Below, piece after piece: positions 9,656-18,748 of a stretch of DNA of 64,000 nt. Position 1 is the stretch's first letter; each line of letters opens with the position of its first letter. The position numbers and the translations under genes were made by a program. Below the pieces are notes generated by a model. The model was not told the DNA's origin and did not search any database. It was given only the letters and a program-made list of their open reading frames with translations. Source of the stretch: a phage; assembly GCA_024613925.1 (NCBI GenBank), contig GCA_024613925.1_4713.1, one strand, 5' to 3'.

Positions 9656-11092
9656 TTACTTTTTCGATGCCGCTTTCTCAAGAATCTTGAAAAAGGTCAT
9701 ACCTATACCGACAACGGCCGCAGTTATACTCGCAGCGGCTTTCCAAACATCGACGTTACGTTGACGTCGCGCTTCTTCCGCCTCACGTTGTCTTTTTGCC
9801 TCCTCATCACGTCGACGTATCTCAGCAGCAAACTCGTCGTGCTTACGTTTAGCTTCTTCGTCTCGACGACGAAGTTCAGCGACGAATTCTTCATGTTTGC
9901 GTTTAGCCTCGTCATCACGACGTTTTAAATCAGCTTGATAATCTTCGTGTATTTGTCTACGTAGATCATCTTGACGCTTCATTTCGGCTTGGTGTTGTTC
10001 CATCCTACGTTTTTGTTCGTCTTTAAGCTGATCGAGTTCGGCTTTATGTTGTTCATCGCGCAGCTTTGCGTCGGCGCGATGCGCCTCATGCATCTGTGCG
10101 ATAACTGCCTTGTGTTCATCCGCCATACGTCGCATTTCAGCCATCACCCCTTTAAGGGTTTCTTCTGATGCCTTACGTTCGTAGCTACGTTGGTCGAAAT
10201 CATTTTTGTAGGCTTCTTTTTGGATGGGGTCGCGCCAATGCAATGCCGATTCACGTGTCGGAAAAACATTGTACTTCCACATCTCTTTTTCCAAATCTTC
10301 GACCGGTACGAAGATGGAGTCATTATTCCCGAAGGTAACCAACATACCTGGCGCGCCTGCTCCATTCGTTGGTTTTATTTCGAACGCTTTCCCCAGCACG
10401 TTAACCCATAAGCTATACGGATTATGAAAGTCGGGTGGCGTCCAATGGATAGTGAGTTGCGTTCCGAGAATTCGGAAACCCTCTGTTTTTCCCGTCAAGC
10501 TCCGCGCGCACGTTGCGATGTAGGGGTGATCAATCCCTTTCGTAACGTGGTCTGCGCTTTTGTATTCTCCTTTAACTTTTACGATTGCCACGTTGATTTG
10601 CGCGACATAAGCGGGTTGATTAAAGTTCAACGTGTTGAGGTCAATTTGACATATTTCATCCAGCGTATCGTACCAGTCTTGCTGGTCTAATAGGCGCGGC
10701 ATTTTCTCGGTGTTAACAATACGACGGATATGCGGTTTCCTTATCGCGTAACCTGTGCCGTTTTTAACACGGAGTATATCCCGACGTCTACCCGCGTAGA
10801 CGAAGTTTCTGAATGCACCATTCGCATTAGATACGTCATGGCTGTCAACTATTACAGGACTACGAAATTTTGAACGTCGTACGATCCTGAATGTATTGCC
10901 GTCCTCAACCCTACCAGGAATGTACTGGAACATATTGTCGGAGGTGATCACCAACACGGTATGGCCAGATTCATTAATACATGCCCATCCTAATTCCAGG
11001 TCATATAACGGTTCAGCATAACCGTCAATGCGATAAGCGTGCGTACCATCCCACGGTTCGAACGCGGTATCACATATTGGCATGGAGGGCAT
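9656..11092 (-). CDS. hypothetical tail-anchored membrane protein with charged coiled-coil repeats
   Basis: ORF-track start is TTG; ATG at 11092 has GGAGG 6 nt upstream. Globular N-terminal ~330 aa, then K/R/E/D-rich helix with about 2.5 copies of an 18-aa unit (RRRDEEAKRKH-D/E-EF-A/V-AE), then one hydrophobic helix (AAASITAAVVGIGMTFFKIL) and a short basic tail. Confidence 0.6.
   Translation of the reverse strand: MPSMPICDTAFEPWDGTHAYRIDGYAEPLYDLELGWACINESGHTVLVITSDNMFQYIPGRVEDGNTFRIVRRSKFRSPVIVDSHDVSNANGAFRNFVYAGRRRDILRVKNGTGYAIRKPHIRRIVNTEKMPRLLDQQDWYDTLDEICQIDLNTLNFNQPAYVAQINVAIVKVKGEYKSADHVTKGIDHPYIATCARSLTGKTEGFRILGTQLTIHWTPPDFHNPYSLWVNVLGKAFEIKPTNGAGAPGMLVTFGNNDSIFVPVEDLEKEMWKYNVFPTRESALHWRDPIQKEAYKNDFDQRSYERKASEETLKGVMAEMRRMADEHKAVIAQMHEAHRADAKLRDEQHKAELDQLKDEQKRRMEQHQAEMKRQDDLRRQIHEDYQADLKRRDDEAKRKHEEFVAELRRRDEEAKRKHDEFAAEIRRRDEEAKRQREAEEARRQRNVDVWKAAASITAAVVGIGMTFFKILEKAASKK
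9812..9919. repeat. imperfect tandem repeat, 2 x 54 bp (plus a partial third copy downstream), encoding the 18-aa charged unit of the 9656-11092 protein
   Basis: Units of about 54 bp starting CGACG..., roughly 65 percent identical at DNA level and stronger at protein level. Confidence 0.5.
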
Positions 11093-11242
11093 CGTCAACC
11101 TCCATCTGATTGAAAACTATCACGCATAACGCATTTCCCTTTTCTTGTTCTTATCGAGCCGACAGCCGACGGTTTCAGCATCGTTCCTAGCGCGAGAACG
11201 ACCTTACGTGTTGTCTATGCCTTATTCATCGCAGGCGTCTGT

Positions 11243-11330
11243 CACCTAGGTAATGTAAGCGTCAAATTTTTTCTATTCGCAACGTAAACGGCATAGAAAC
11301 CTCCCCCAACCCTTACGGGCTGAGGGAGGC
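11243..11330. repeat. conserved intergenic cassette, copy C (CACCTAGGTAATGTA ... GCATAGAA ... stem-loop)
   Basis: Shares CACCTAGGTAATGTA with copy A and the GCATAGAA-plus-hairpin module with copies A and B; hairpin at about 11299-11329 (CCTCCCCC-AA-CCC-TTAC-GGG-CTGA-GGGAGG). Confidence 0.5.
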
Positions 11331-11428
11331 TGACTTATGTATCACGGTGCCGGATGAATGTCCGGTGCAATGAAACCATCCGCAACGTTGTCGTCAAGAA
11401 TATCGTCCAACGAAGCAGCTACGGTAGT

Positions 11429-13651
11429 TCAGTTAGTCTGAACAGGCAGCTTGATGTTTTCAGTGTAGACCTTACGCAGGTTCACAACGTTAATCAGACC
11501 CAGCAGCGGGCAGTTGTTAACGAAGCGGCAGCGCGGCTGAACCATGGTTTCTTTAGAAACCTGACCGTTACGGGTAACCTGAGCAACAGATACCAGTTCC
11601 GGTACGTACAGGAACATACCGAAGGTCAGCGGATCCGGAGAACCCTGGATACCACGAGACAGGGTCACGAAGATCTTATCACGCAGCAGGACGTTCGGGT
11701 TATCTACAACCACGAAGTTGAAGCTTACACCAACGGTACGGAAATCACCATCGGTCTGCAGGAACTGCGGGATGTAGTTGTCAGTTGCTACTACGCAACG
11801 CGGTTTCTCATCAGCGTTGGAAGACAGCAGCTGCAGAGCTGGCTGATAACCAGACTCGGAGTACATGCGATATGCCATCTCACGAATCACGTTCATGATC
11901 GCAGCGGACACTTCAGCACGACGTTCTGCAGTGGTGGTACCCTGAACAGATTTCTCCAGGTCCAGATTGATTTCTTCGAACCACGGACGGATCAGGTAAC
12001 GACCGAAACCTTCGATCTGGATGTCGCCGAACTGACGGAAGCGAGAGGTCGCAACCGCTTTCAGTGCGTCTTTGTAGCTGAACAGTTTCTCAACCATCAG
12101 GTTGTCGAAACGTGCGTTAGCAGCTTGGATCAGAACGTCCAGGTCGGCAGCGTTTTCTTCCCAATCCAGCGGACGAGGAATGGAGAACGGAGCCAGCAGG
12201 CCGATTGCGTAACGTTCTTGCTTCATGTTGAAGTCAAGGTGCTTACCGCGTTCACGACGGTTGCTGTTGTTACGACGGATACGCAGTTCGTAACCAACCA
12301 GTTTGAAGCTCAGGTCTTCAGCCAGTTGTTTGAACTCTTCGCTCTTACGCGGTTGTTCGATGTTGTCCTGATCAACCAGGCGATACAGTTCAGCGTTAGC
12401 GCCGTTAACACGCAGACCGGCTTTCTCTACGTTGGAAGAACCGTAAACTTCGATTGCCAGCTGAGCAGCGGATTTCGAATCGATGATGTCCTGCAGCGCT
12501 TCAGCTCGTGCACCTTTAACGTCAACGGTGTGCTCATCAACGAAGATGGAGTGGGTGTCGAACGCCAGGGTCATTTTGCGGAAGTCGCCTTCCAGGGATT
12601 TCTGGAAACCGTTGGTGATCAGACCAGATACGTCGAACGGTACGTAAGAGGTTTTGCTGTGCTTGGTAGATTTGATTTCCACCAGGATTTTGGTCAGCGT
12701 GATCTGGGCGTCCAGCGCATCGGTGTTGTCGCTGTAACCGTTAGCCAGGATGCTATCGTCTTCAGCAATACCGATCATGTCGATCAGTTTATCAACAGCC
12801 AGGTAAGACGTTTTATAAGTTACGCCTTTAATTTCGATGTTGCGCGGAGCAACGATAGCTTTGTCAACGAAGTACTGCGCGTTGGCATCGTCAGCACGAT
12901 AGATCGGATGCAGATCGGTCACGTCGTTGGACAGAACGTCGTTGTACATGAACGCATCCAGCAGCGGACGACGTACCCAATCAGCCGGAGTACCGTCAGC
13001 GTTACGACGCAGGTGGTTGAACACCAGCGGACGACGGAAAGATACGTCGTAACCGATCTGGTTCGGAGCCAGAACGATGGTGTTATACAGTTCGTTACCC
13101 ATGCGGCTCAGACGAGAAGCCTTCACGTTGAACACAACGGAGTACGGCATCATGTCACGCAGTTCTTTCTGGTCGTAAGACAGCTGAACCAGTTCTTCAG
13201 ATTCGCAACCGCAGGAATCAGCAGCCATCATGACGAAGTTAGAGCTGTCAACTTCACGGCCAGACGGAGTGGTGCTGATGTTCATGGAACGTGCTTGTTT
13301 AGCGTATTCCACCGGGTTACCATGAGCCAGCATGATCAGTGCTGCTGCACGAGCCTGCTGTGCGTTCATGGTGAACAGCTGTTCTTCAATACGCTGCTTC
13401 TCTTCCGGAGTGGTGGTTTCGAAGCCCAGCATGGACAGAACCGGTTCTTCTGCTTTACGGATGTCGCTGCTGAAGCTCTTAACATCCATTTCGTTAACCA
13501 GTTTGTCCATGGATTTGAAATCAACCTTAGAAGCAGATTCCATAGACAGGAAGGTGTTCTCCAGACCTTTGTCTGCTGGTTTGCTACCATTAGCGGTCAG
13601 GAACTGGCGAGTGGCCGCGACCTGTTGGCTAAGAAGGGTTTTATCATTCAT
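11429..13651 (-). CDS. major capsid protein candidate (740 aa; size as in phiKZ-type capsid proteins)
   Basis: Very strong codon bias (the antisense strand is stop-free for 766 codons), TGTAAAGGA RBS region, placed in a head-gene block next to the inner-body-like paralogs. No direct homology test was possible. Confidence 0.5.
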   Translation of the reverse strand: MNDKTLLSQQVAATRQFLTANGSKPADKGLENTFLSMESASKVDFKSMDKLVNEMDVKSFSSDIRKAEEPVLSMLGFETTTPEEKQRIEEQLFTMNAQQARAAALIMLAHGNPVEYAKQARSMNISTTPSGREVDSSNFVMMAADSCGCESEELVQLSYDQKELRDMMPYSVVFNVKASRLSRMGNELYNTIVLAPNQIGYDVSFRRPLVFNHLRRNADGTPADWVRRPLLDAFMYNDVLSNDVTDLHPIYRADDANAQYFVDKAIVAPRNIEIKGVTYKTSYLAVDKLIDMIGIAEDDSILANGYSDNTDALDAQITLTKILVEIKSTKHSKTSYVPFDVSGLITNGFQKSLEGDFRKMTLAFDTHSIFVDEHTVDVKGARAEALQDIIDSKSAAQLAIEVYGSSNVEKAGLRVNGANAELYRLVDQDNIEQPRKSEEFKQLAEDLSFKLVGYELRIRRNNSNRRERGKHLDFNMKQERYAIGLLAPFSIPRPLDWEENAADLDVLIQAANARFDNLMVEKLFSYKDALKAVATSRFRQFGDIQIEGFGRYLIRPWFEEINLDLEKSVQGTTTAERRAEVSAAIMNVIREMAYRMYSESGYQPALQLLSSNADEKPRCVVATDNYIPQFLQTDGDFRTVGVSFNFVVVDNPNVLLRDKIFVTLSRGIQGSPDPLTFGMFLYVPELVSVAQVTRNGQVSKETMVQPRCRFVNNCPLLGLINVVNLRKVYTENIKLPVQTN

Positions 13652-13800
13652 TGAAAGTATCCTTTACAGAATTAACTTATATAAGTCGGTCGATAGACCA
13701 TAGCGTACACGCGTGCATGCGCCACTATAGTATCAGTAAACACTTACCGTTATTGAGGTCGTGATACAACACTAAAAATGCCGCATAACTTTTCCCTACG

Positions 13801-14421
13801 TCACAAACGACGCAGGCGATAATGGATGGAACGATTGGTGCAATATGAACGGAACAGCGGCAATTGCGCAACTTCCGCAAGACTCATATTAATTCGCAGG
13901 TGTTCAATAACGGCGCTGTAGTTATCAGCAATACGATCGCTCAATAACTCTTCTGCCAATAAAGGAAGACAATCGACAACAATCGCGATCACATCCTCAT
14001 TAACATAACGCACCCGAACACTCAACGGACGTTTGTCTGGGCTGTAAGTTGGATCCGCCAAACGACGTTCAATATCACGTGGATAGCTCGTCAGTAAATG
14101 GTAATAACCATTGTCATAACGATTGATGTACTCACACAGCACATCAACATTCTTCTCTGGCGGCAAACCTGTTTCGTCATAGTGATACGCAAACATACCA
14201 CCAAGCAGGTTGTTAAGATGAACCGCAGGGTTCGCTTGTTCGTGTTCTTTCGTGATGAAGAAAGGCACGTTCTGGGCTGCGAAATAAAAACCTACATCAT
14301 TGGGCGATAGTATGCCGAAAAGACTTTTAGGGTCTAATAACACCTGTAAGTCATCACGCGCATTTCGAATAATCGCGTGTTCTACCCAATTCGGAACGAC
14401 GAGATATCGGAGTTCCTTCAT
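13801..14421 (-). CDS. hypothetical protein (206 aa)
   Basis: ATG with AGAGG RBS; divergent from the helicase-like gene across a 39-bp spacer. Confidence 0.55.
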   Translation of the reverse strand: MKELRYLVVPNWVEHAIIRNARDDLQVLLDPKSLFGILSPNDVGFYFAAQNVPFFITKEHEQANPAVHLNNLLGGMFAYHYDETGLPPEKNVDVLCEYINRYDNGYYHLLTSYPRDIERRLADPTYSPDKRPLSVRVRYVNEDVIAIVVDCLPLLAEELLSDRIADNYSAVIEHLRINMSLAEVAQLPLFRSYCTNRSIHYRLRRL

Positions 14422-14460
14422 TATGATTACCTCTTTGCAAGTATCGAAAGGATTGAGTCG

Positions 14461-16071
14461 ATGGACCCAAAACAGATAGCCATTAAGATTATTACGTTAC
14501 TGTTTCGTAATGCACAATTGAACCATCCCGATCCCAGTACGATCGAACATGTTAAATCCGTCTTAGATAAAGTCGAACCCCCGAAAAACCATCTCGCTAC
14601 GGACGTAGATAGAGAGGTTTTCAACAACCTGATGAATACCATTCATTGGATGTTGGAACAACCATTATCGGAACCTTTCGATAAACAACAGTTGTTACAA
14701 AGGATACGTTTAGATTGCCTTGAACAAAGCAACCTTTACGAGATTCTTGCCGACGGACTGTACGATATCGAAGACGACGCTCATATCAGTAAGGTCTGTT
14801 CACTCTATTACAACGAATTACGTAATCTGGTTACCCGCCGTCGTGTTTTCGAAACCTTTAGAAACACGTACATGGATATCAGTAACGGGCGACTTGGGGA
14901 TAAAGAATTTTTCGATGCGATGGCGAATTTGAAATTATCGCTAGACAGTATCGAAATGGATACCGAAAATCCCGAAGAGATGGCGTGTATGATTGACGGC
15001 TTTATCGCCGACAGCGAAGACGATATCGAGAAAGTTGAACGTATGTTCGTCAAAGCGATGGAACGTAACAGTCCTGAAGGTGGATTTGTAACCGGCTGGC
15101 AAGGCTTTAATAAAATGTTGGGGTCGGTCGGCGTTTTACGTCGCGGTACCTTAGGACTGATTGGTGCAATGCAGCACCGGAACAAGTCAGGTGTGTTGTT
15201 AAAACTGTTCACGCATCTGGCACTGTACAATAAACCCCATTTCTTTTTTCCGGAGCGAGCAAAGAAAGCATTACTGATTCATTTGTCGACAGAAAACGAA
15301 GTGGAAGAAAACACGCTTCAAATATACAAGAACATGCGAGAACAGGAAACAGGCGAATATGTCGATATTCGTAAGATTGACCCTCGCGAGGCATCACGTT
15401 ATGTGTTGAAGGTGTTCAATGATGCGGGTTTCTCTGTTTGTATGCGTCGTGTTGATGGGATGAGTTATAAACAACTCGCTAATCTCATCGACCATTTCGA
15501 ACGCATGGGTTATGAAGTCATGGCATTGTTCATTGACTATCTGAAAATGTTCTCATCGGAAGGGCTGGATAGAAATGGACCGACCGGCGCATGGCTCCAA
15601 GAACTCTTCAACAAAGTACGTAACCTCTGCAGCGTTAAACGTATTTTAGGTATGACCGTACACCAGCTGTCATCCGACGCGAAGATGCGTGCACGTGACG
15701 GTAACGATGAAGAGTTTGTTGACCAAGTCGCAGGTTTAAGTTACTGGGATGGTTGTAAAGGGATTGACCGTGAGATTGACCTTGAAGTGATTGTTGATAT
15801 CGTTAAGGAACCGGGCAAACGTCAAAGCTGGCAAGTCTTTGCATTAGGGAAAGACCGTCAACCGGATAACGGTTCAACGAAACCTGAAGACAAACATTTC
15901 GCGATGCCATTCCAAACCATCGGGATGCTTCCTGATGATTACGGTAAGAAAGCGGTATATTGCCGCAAGGTTGGCGGACAACCTGTCTCCGAGGGAGGTA
16001 AAGGTCCGTGGAACAAGTTCGATGAAAACGCAGCACCGAGTAATGAATTACAATTTGATTTAGAATTTTAA
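14461..16071 (+). CDS. DnaB-family (SF4) helicase-like protein with non-canonical Walker A
   Basis: ORF-track start is GTG 14377 and overlaps the divergent gene; ATG 14461 has AAAGGA RBS. C-terminal half matches DnaB motifs in order: P-loop region LGLIGAMQHRNKSG (NKS where GKT is expected, nt about 15178-15192), LSTENE (H1a-like), FIDYLKMF (compare IDYLQLM), HQLSSD (compare LSQLNR), CKGIDREIDLEVIV (compare SGSIEQDADLIM). Confidence 0.6.
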   Translation: MDPKQIAIKIITLLFRNAQLNHPDPSTIEHVKSVLDKVEPPKNHLATDVDREVFNNLMNTIHWMLEQPLSEPFDKQQLLQRIRLDCLEQSNLYEILADGLYDIEDDAHISKVCSLYYNELRNLVTRRRVFETFRNTYMDISNGRLGDKEFFDAMANLKLSLDSIEMDTENPEEMACMIDGFIADSEDDIEKVERMFVKAMERNSPEGGFVTGWQGFNKMLGSVGVLRRGTLGLIGAMQHRNKSGVLLKLFTHLALYNKPHFFFPERAKKALLIHLSTENEVEENTLQIYKNMREQETGEYVDIRKIDPREASRYVLKVFNDAGFSVCMRRVDGMSYKQLANLIDHFERMGYEVMALFIDYLKMFSSEGLDRNGPTGAWLQELFNKVRNLCSVKRILGMTVHQLSSDAKMRARDGNDEEFVDQVAGLSYWDGCKGIDREIDLEVIVDIVKEPGKRQSWQVFALGKDRQPDNGSTKPEDKHFAMPFQTIGMLPDDYGKKAVYCRKVGGQPVSEGGKGPWNKFDENAAPSNELQFDLEF

Positions 16072-16095
16072 ACGCAAAAAAAAAGATTGTACGGT

Positions 16096-16127
16096 TCCCT
16101 CCTCCAACCCGTAAGGGAAGGAGGAGG
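16096..16127. terminator. conserved-family stem-loop between convergent genes; candidate bidirectional terminator
   Basis: CCCTCCTCC-AA-CCC-GTAA-GGG-AA-GGAGGAGGG; A9 tract upstream, GGTTATGACC downstream. Confidence 0.5.
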
Positions 16128-16144
16128 GGTTATGACCGCTTTGA

Positions 16145-16471
16145 TTAACTTATTGTCATGAATTCATTAGGTGAAAATTTCCAGCCGTTCTCAGTGAGAA
16201 GCGTGTTGAGTTTCGCCGCAACGATAAGCCATGCGTGCATGGCTGTTACATCGTATTGGCGATTCACTCGACGTTGGTTTTCGATATTGATTTGCTCCTG
16301 TTCAGTGATGTTTGGATAAAGTGCGATAGCGCTAGGTTTACCCAGCGCGCTAGTCATCACCGCCGTACATTCACTGATAATGTTGTTTAAGTGGTAGTTA
16401 TACACCGTTCCACGCATGACGCGATGACGGCATTCGATAATAGCGTCGTAAATGATTTCTCGAGTAATCAT
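16145..16471 (-). CDS. hypothetical small protein (108 aa)
   Basis: ORF starting 7 nt after the stop of the upstream gene (likely translational coupling). Confidence 0.5.
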   Translation of the reverse strand: MITREIIYDAIIECRHRVMRGTVYNYHLNNIISECTAVMTSALGKPSAIALYPNITEQEQINIENQRRVNRQYDVTAMHAWLIVAAKLNTLLTENGWKFSPNEFMTIS

Positions 16472-16477
16472 GATAAT

Positions 16478-16879
16478 TTAAAACATACGGTCGTTTTTAG
16501 CACGGGCGTTCATTACCAGATCGTAGATGCCTGCGGTTCGTAAGCACTCTTCGTAGTAACGATGTGCGCCTTCATCAGCCATCCATGATAACCCTCGGCT
16601 ATCCGCAACAATAACCAGTTTATTATTGTTGAACGCACACACCACACGGTAGGTCGCGTTGTTATTCGGATCGCGAGTGATAAGTTCGTAGACGCCGTTA
16701 ACAGGTTTACTGAATTCACCATTTAACGGAACGAGTTCGGTAGTACCTTCAGCAAACGTTACGTTGATCGGTGATGGATCTTTAGCGATAACAGTATATT
16801 CCACATTGTGTTCTTTACTGGTCATAATACCGAAGTAAGAACTCACAGGGGAACGTGGTACACTAAGAATATTAAACAT
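16478..16879 (-). CDS. hypothetical small protein (133 aa)
   Basis: ATG with AGAGGA RBS. Confidence 0.55.
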   Translation of the reverse strand: MFNILSVPRSPVSSYFGIMTSKEHNVEYTVIAKDPSPINVTFAEGTTELVPLNGEFSKPVNGVYELITRDPNNNATYRVVCAFNNNKLVIVADSRGLSWMADEGAHRYYEECLRTAGIYDLVMNARAKNDRMF

Positions 16880-16949
16880 AGATGTTGTCCTCTTAATTGG
16901 ATTTAGATTGTTGGGTGTGTTATTGGGAAATGAAAACGTTGTTTCGGTT

Positions 16950-17519
16950 TTAGACGATGAGTGACCAGGTAGTAAGCACCCCGCTCGCGAATTCGAGCTT
17001 AAGACGTTTACCGATAAGTTGTTGCTGGATCATCTTCTCGGTGATACGTCGATCGTGCTGAACCGCTTTATCAAACGCTTCTTTCGCTTCAGCTTGGTAG
17101 AAGTTCGTTTCTTCGTTTTCGTCGATCTCTTCGAGAGCATCGTCGTCGATGTCAGCAAGTTTCACTCGACCGTTTTCATCAGGTTGTTCTGCAGGTTCAT
17201 TGTCATAAGGCGTGTCTTTTGTTGGTGCGACACGATGTTGCAACTCGACCTGCGTTAACATGATCTCCATCTCACCATCGATAGGAATGATTTCATCGAC
17301 GCTGCCGTTTTCGGTCAACTCCCGACTTTCCAGTAATGTCGTCGTAACAGAGAACACCTCTTCAACAGGAACCTCATCATCGTCGATAGTGTTAACCGTA
17401 TTGCTGGTAACTTCAGCAACGACCATCAAATCAAATGCGTGAGGGTCACCTGGCATTTTGATTCCTGGAAGTTTGTTGAGGTACCAAGGATCAAGAATCA
17501 TGATTTCTGGATTAAACAT
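16950..17519 (-). CDS. hypothetical highly acidic protein (189 aa)
   Basis: ATG with AAAGG RBS; long D/E-rich stretches (DDDEVPVEE, IDDDALEEIDENEE). Confidence 0.55.
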   Translation of the reverse strand: MFNPEIMILDPWYLNKLPGIKMPGDPHAFDLMVVAEVTSNTVNTIDDDEVPVEEVFSVTTTLLESRELTENGSVDEIIPIDGEMEIMLTQVELQHRVAPTKDTPYDNEPAEQPDENGRVKLADIDDDALEEIDENEETNFYQAEAKEAFDKAVQHDRRITEKMIQQQLIGKRLKLEFASGVLTTWSLIV

Positions 17520-17834
17520 CGTATTTTACCTTTCTATGTTAGGTGGGTTGCGGATAGAAGAATCAATGCATAGATTGATCGTTCTTTGTTAGAAATTATT
17601 GCCGAACCGGTTATGGTTATATGGTTGGTAGTACGCCATAGGCTCCGGTTTAGGGATTTCCATGGTCGGATTTTTGGAATTGATTGCCATCACGTAAATT
17701 GTTACGGGCGATACCGCGTGATTCATTTCGACGGCCACACGGTTGTTTGATCGATTGTTCAACTGGTACTGATTACGATTGGTTGATAACAGTAGAGCTA
17801 CTGCCTAAAACTCTACCGTTGTTTAGATACCGTA

Positions 17835-18695
17835 TTAGGATATACGGTGCATCGTCGGTGCGATTGGTCGTTGACCAAGGTAGAATGTATATCTCGGACG
17901 ATTTTTCGGTGCCTGGTTCGGTTGAGGATTCTTCGAATCGATAGCTAACACGTAGTACTGAAGTGTGGGGTTGAGTGTCGTCAGATAGTTTCTGATGAAC
18001 TCCTCGTTTAAACTTTCAGTCGGGGTTAGTATGTGCCCGTTGATTGTAACGACGGTACCATCGGAACGTATTTCACGAACAATGCACCAAGCCCCCGCAC
18101 CAACATCGGTAGGAATAGTCGTGCTGGGAGTAATGGTTAGATATTTATCGAAGAATTCGCAACAAAGAGGATGCATGTAGACCGTTACGGTATCATCTCC
18201 TGGCGAGGTTCTCTCTTTTGTTACAGGATCCTTCGTCGGTACAAATGTGTTAATTTTGGCTACCTTATCAGCATCTTCGTTCGCTTCGATATAAATCTCT
18301 GCTTTACCATGTACGCTCTGAGCTATACGACGTAACTGTTCGTATGTTTTCGGTGAGGTTAGCTGTACCCGACTGAGCAGCTCATCGTACCAAGCTTCGA
18401 AGGTGCTTGTTGGTATCTTAACGTATGCCTTATTTCCGGTTTCATTTTCATCCCGGAAGATAATCGCAACGGTATCAGGCTCATCAAGAGAATCCAGGTA
18501 AACAATGTGTTCGACCAACGCAGAAAACGTTTTACGTCCGGTTCCTCCATAGTACGGGTTTGCTGAATGAACCAGCCGCCAGTTACATGAAGTTTGGATA
18601 TGATCGAAGGCGTTGATCATGTTTTTACTGTAACGAAAAATTTCAGTAAAATATTCTTTACGTTCTTTACTAAGACGTTTGTATATCTTGGTCAT
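17835..18695 (-). CDS. hypothetical protein (286 aa), tandem paralog of 18749-19549
   Basis: AAGGAG RBS; C-terminal block VYMHPLCCEFFDKYLTITPSTTIPTDVGAGAWCIVREIRSDGTVVTINGH aligns with IYVHPECRTTYDRYLTIAGGTSAPSPVGIGEWRTIREVYPDGRIVTLCGR of the neighbour. Confidence 0.6.
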   Translation of the reverse strand: MTKIYKRLSKERKEYFTEIFRYSKNMINAFDHIQTSCNWRLVHSANPYYGGTGRKTFSALVEHIVYLDSLDEPDTVAIIFRDENETGNKAYVKIPTSTFEAWYDELLSRVQLTSPKTYEQLRRIAQSVHGKAEIYIEANEDADKVAKINTFVPTKDPVTKERTSPGDDTVTVYMHPLCCEFFDKYLTITPSTTIPTDVGAGAWCIVREIRSDGTVVTINGHILTPTESLNEEFIRNYLTTLNPTLQYYVLAIDSKNPQPNQAPKNRPRYTFYLGQRPIAPTMHRIS

Positions 18696-18748
18696 TTTTG
18701 TAGCTCCTTGATTAAAGTAAGGATGGATACGATTATTTATTATCGCTT

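Noticed and set aside
11354-13654. 766-aa plus-strand ORF antisense to the capsid-like gene
   Set aside because: Mirror image of a strongly codon-biased gene; sense ORF has an RBS and a protein-like sequence, the antisense translation is low-complexity (V/Q/R/F-rich). Similar shadows at 34378-34848, 35149-35676, 5329-6168, 6481-7212, 26365-27012 and 28009-28881.
17890-17960. TTCGAATC string resembling a tRNA T-loop
   Set aside because: No flanking T-stem complementarity, no acceptor or anticodon stem-loop in register; no tRNA-like cloverleaf found in any intergenic region.
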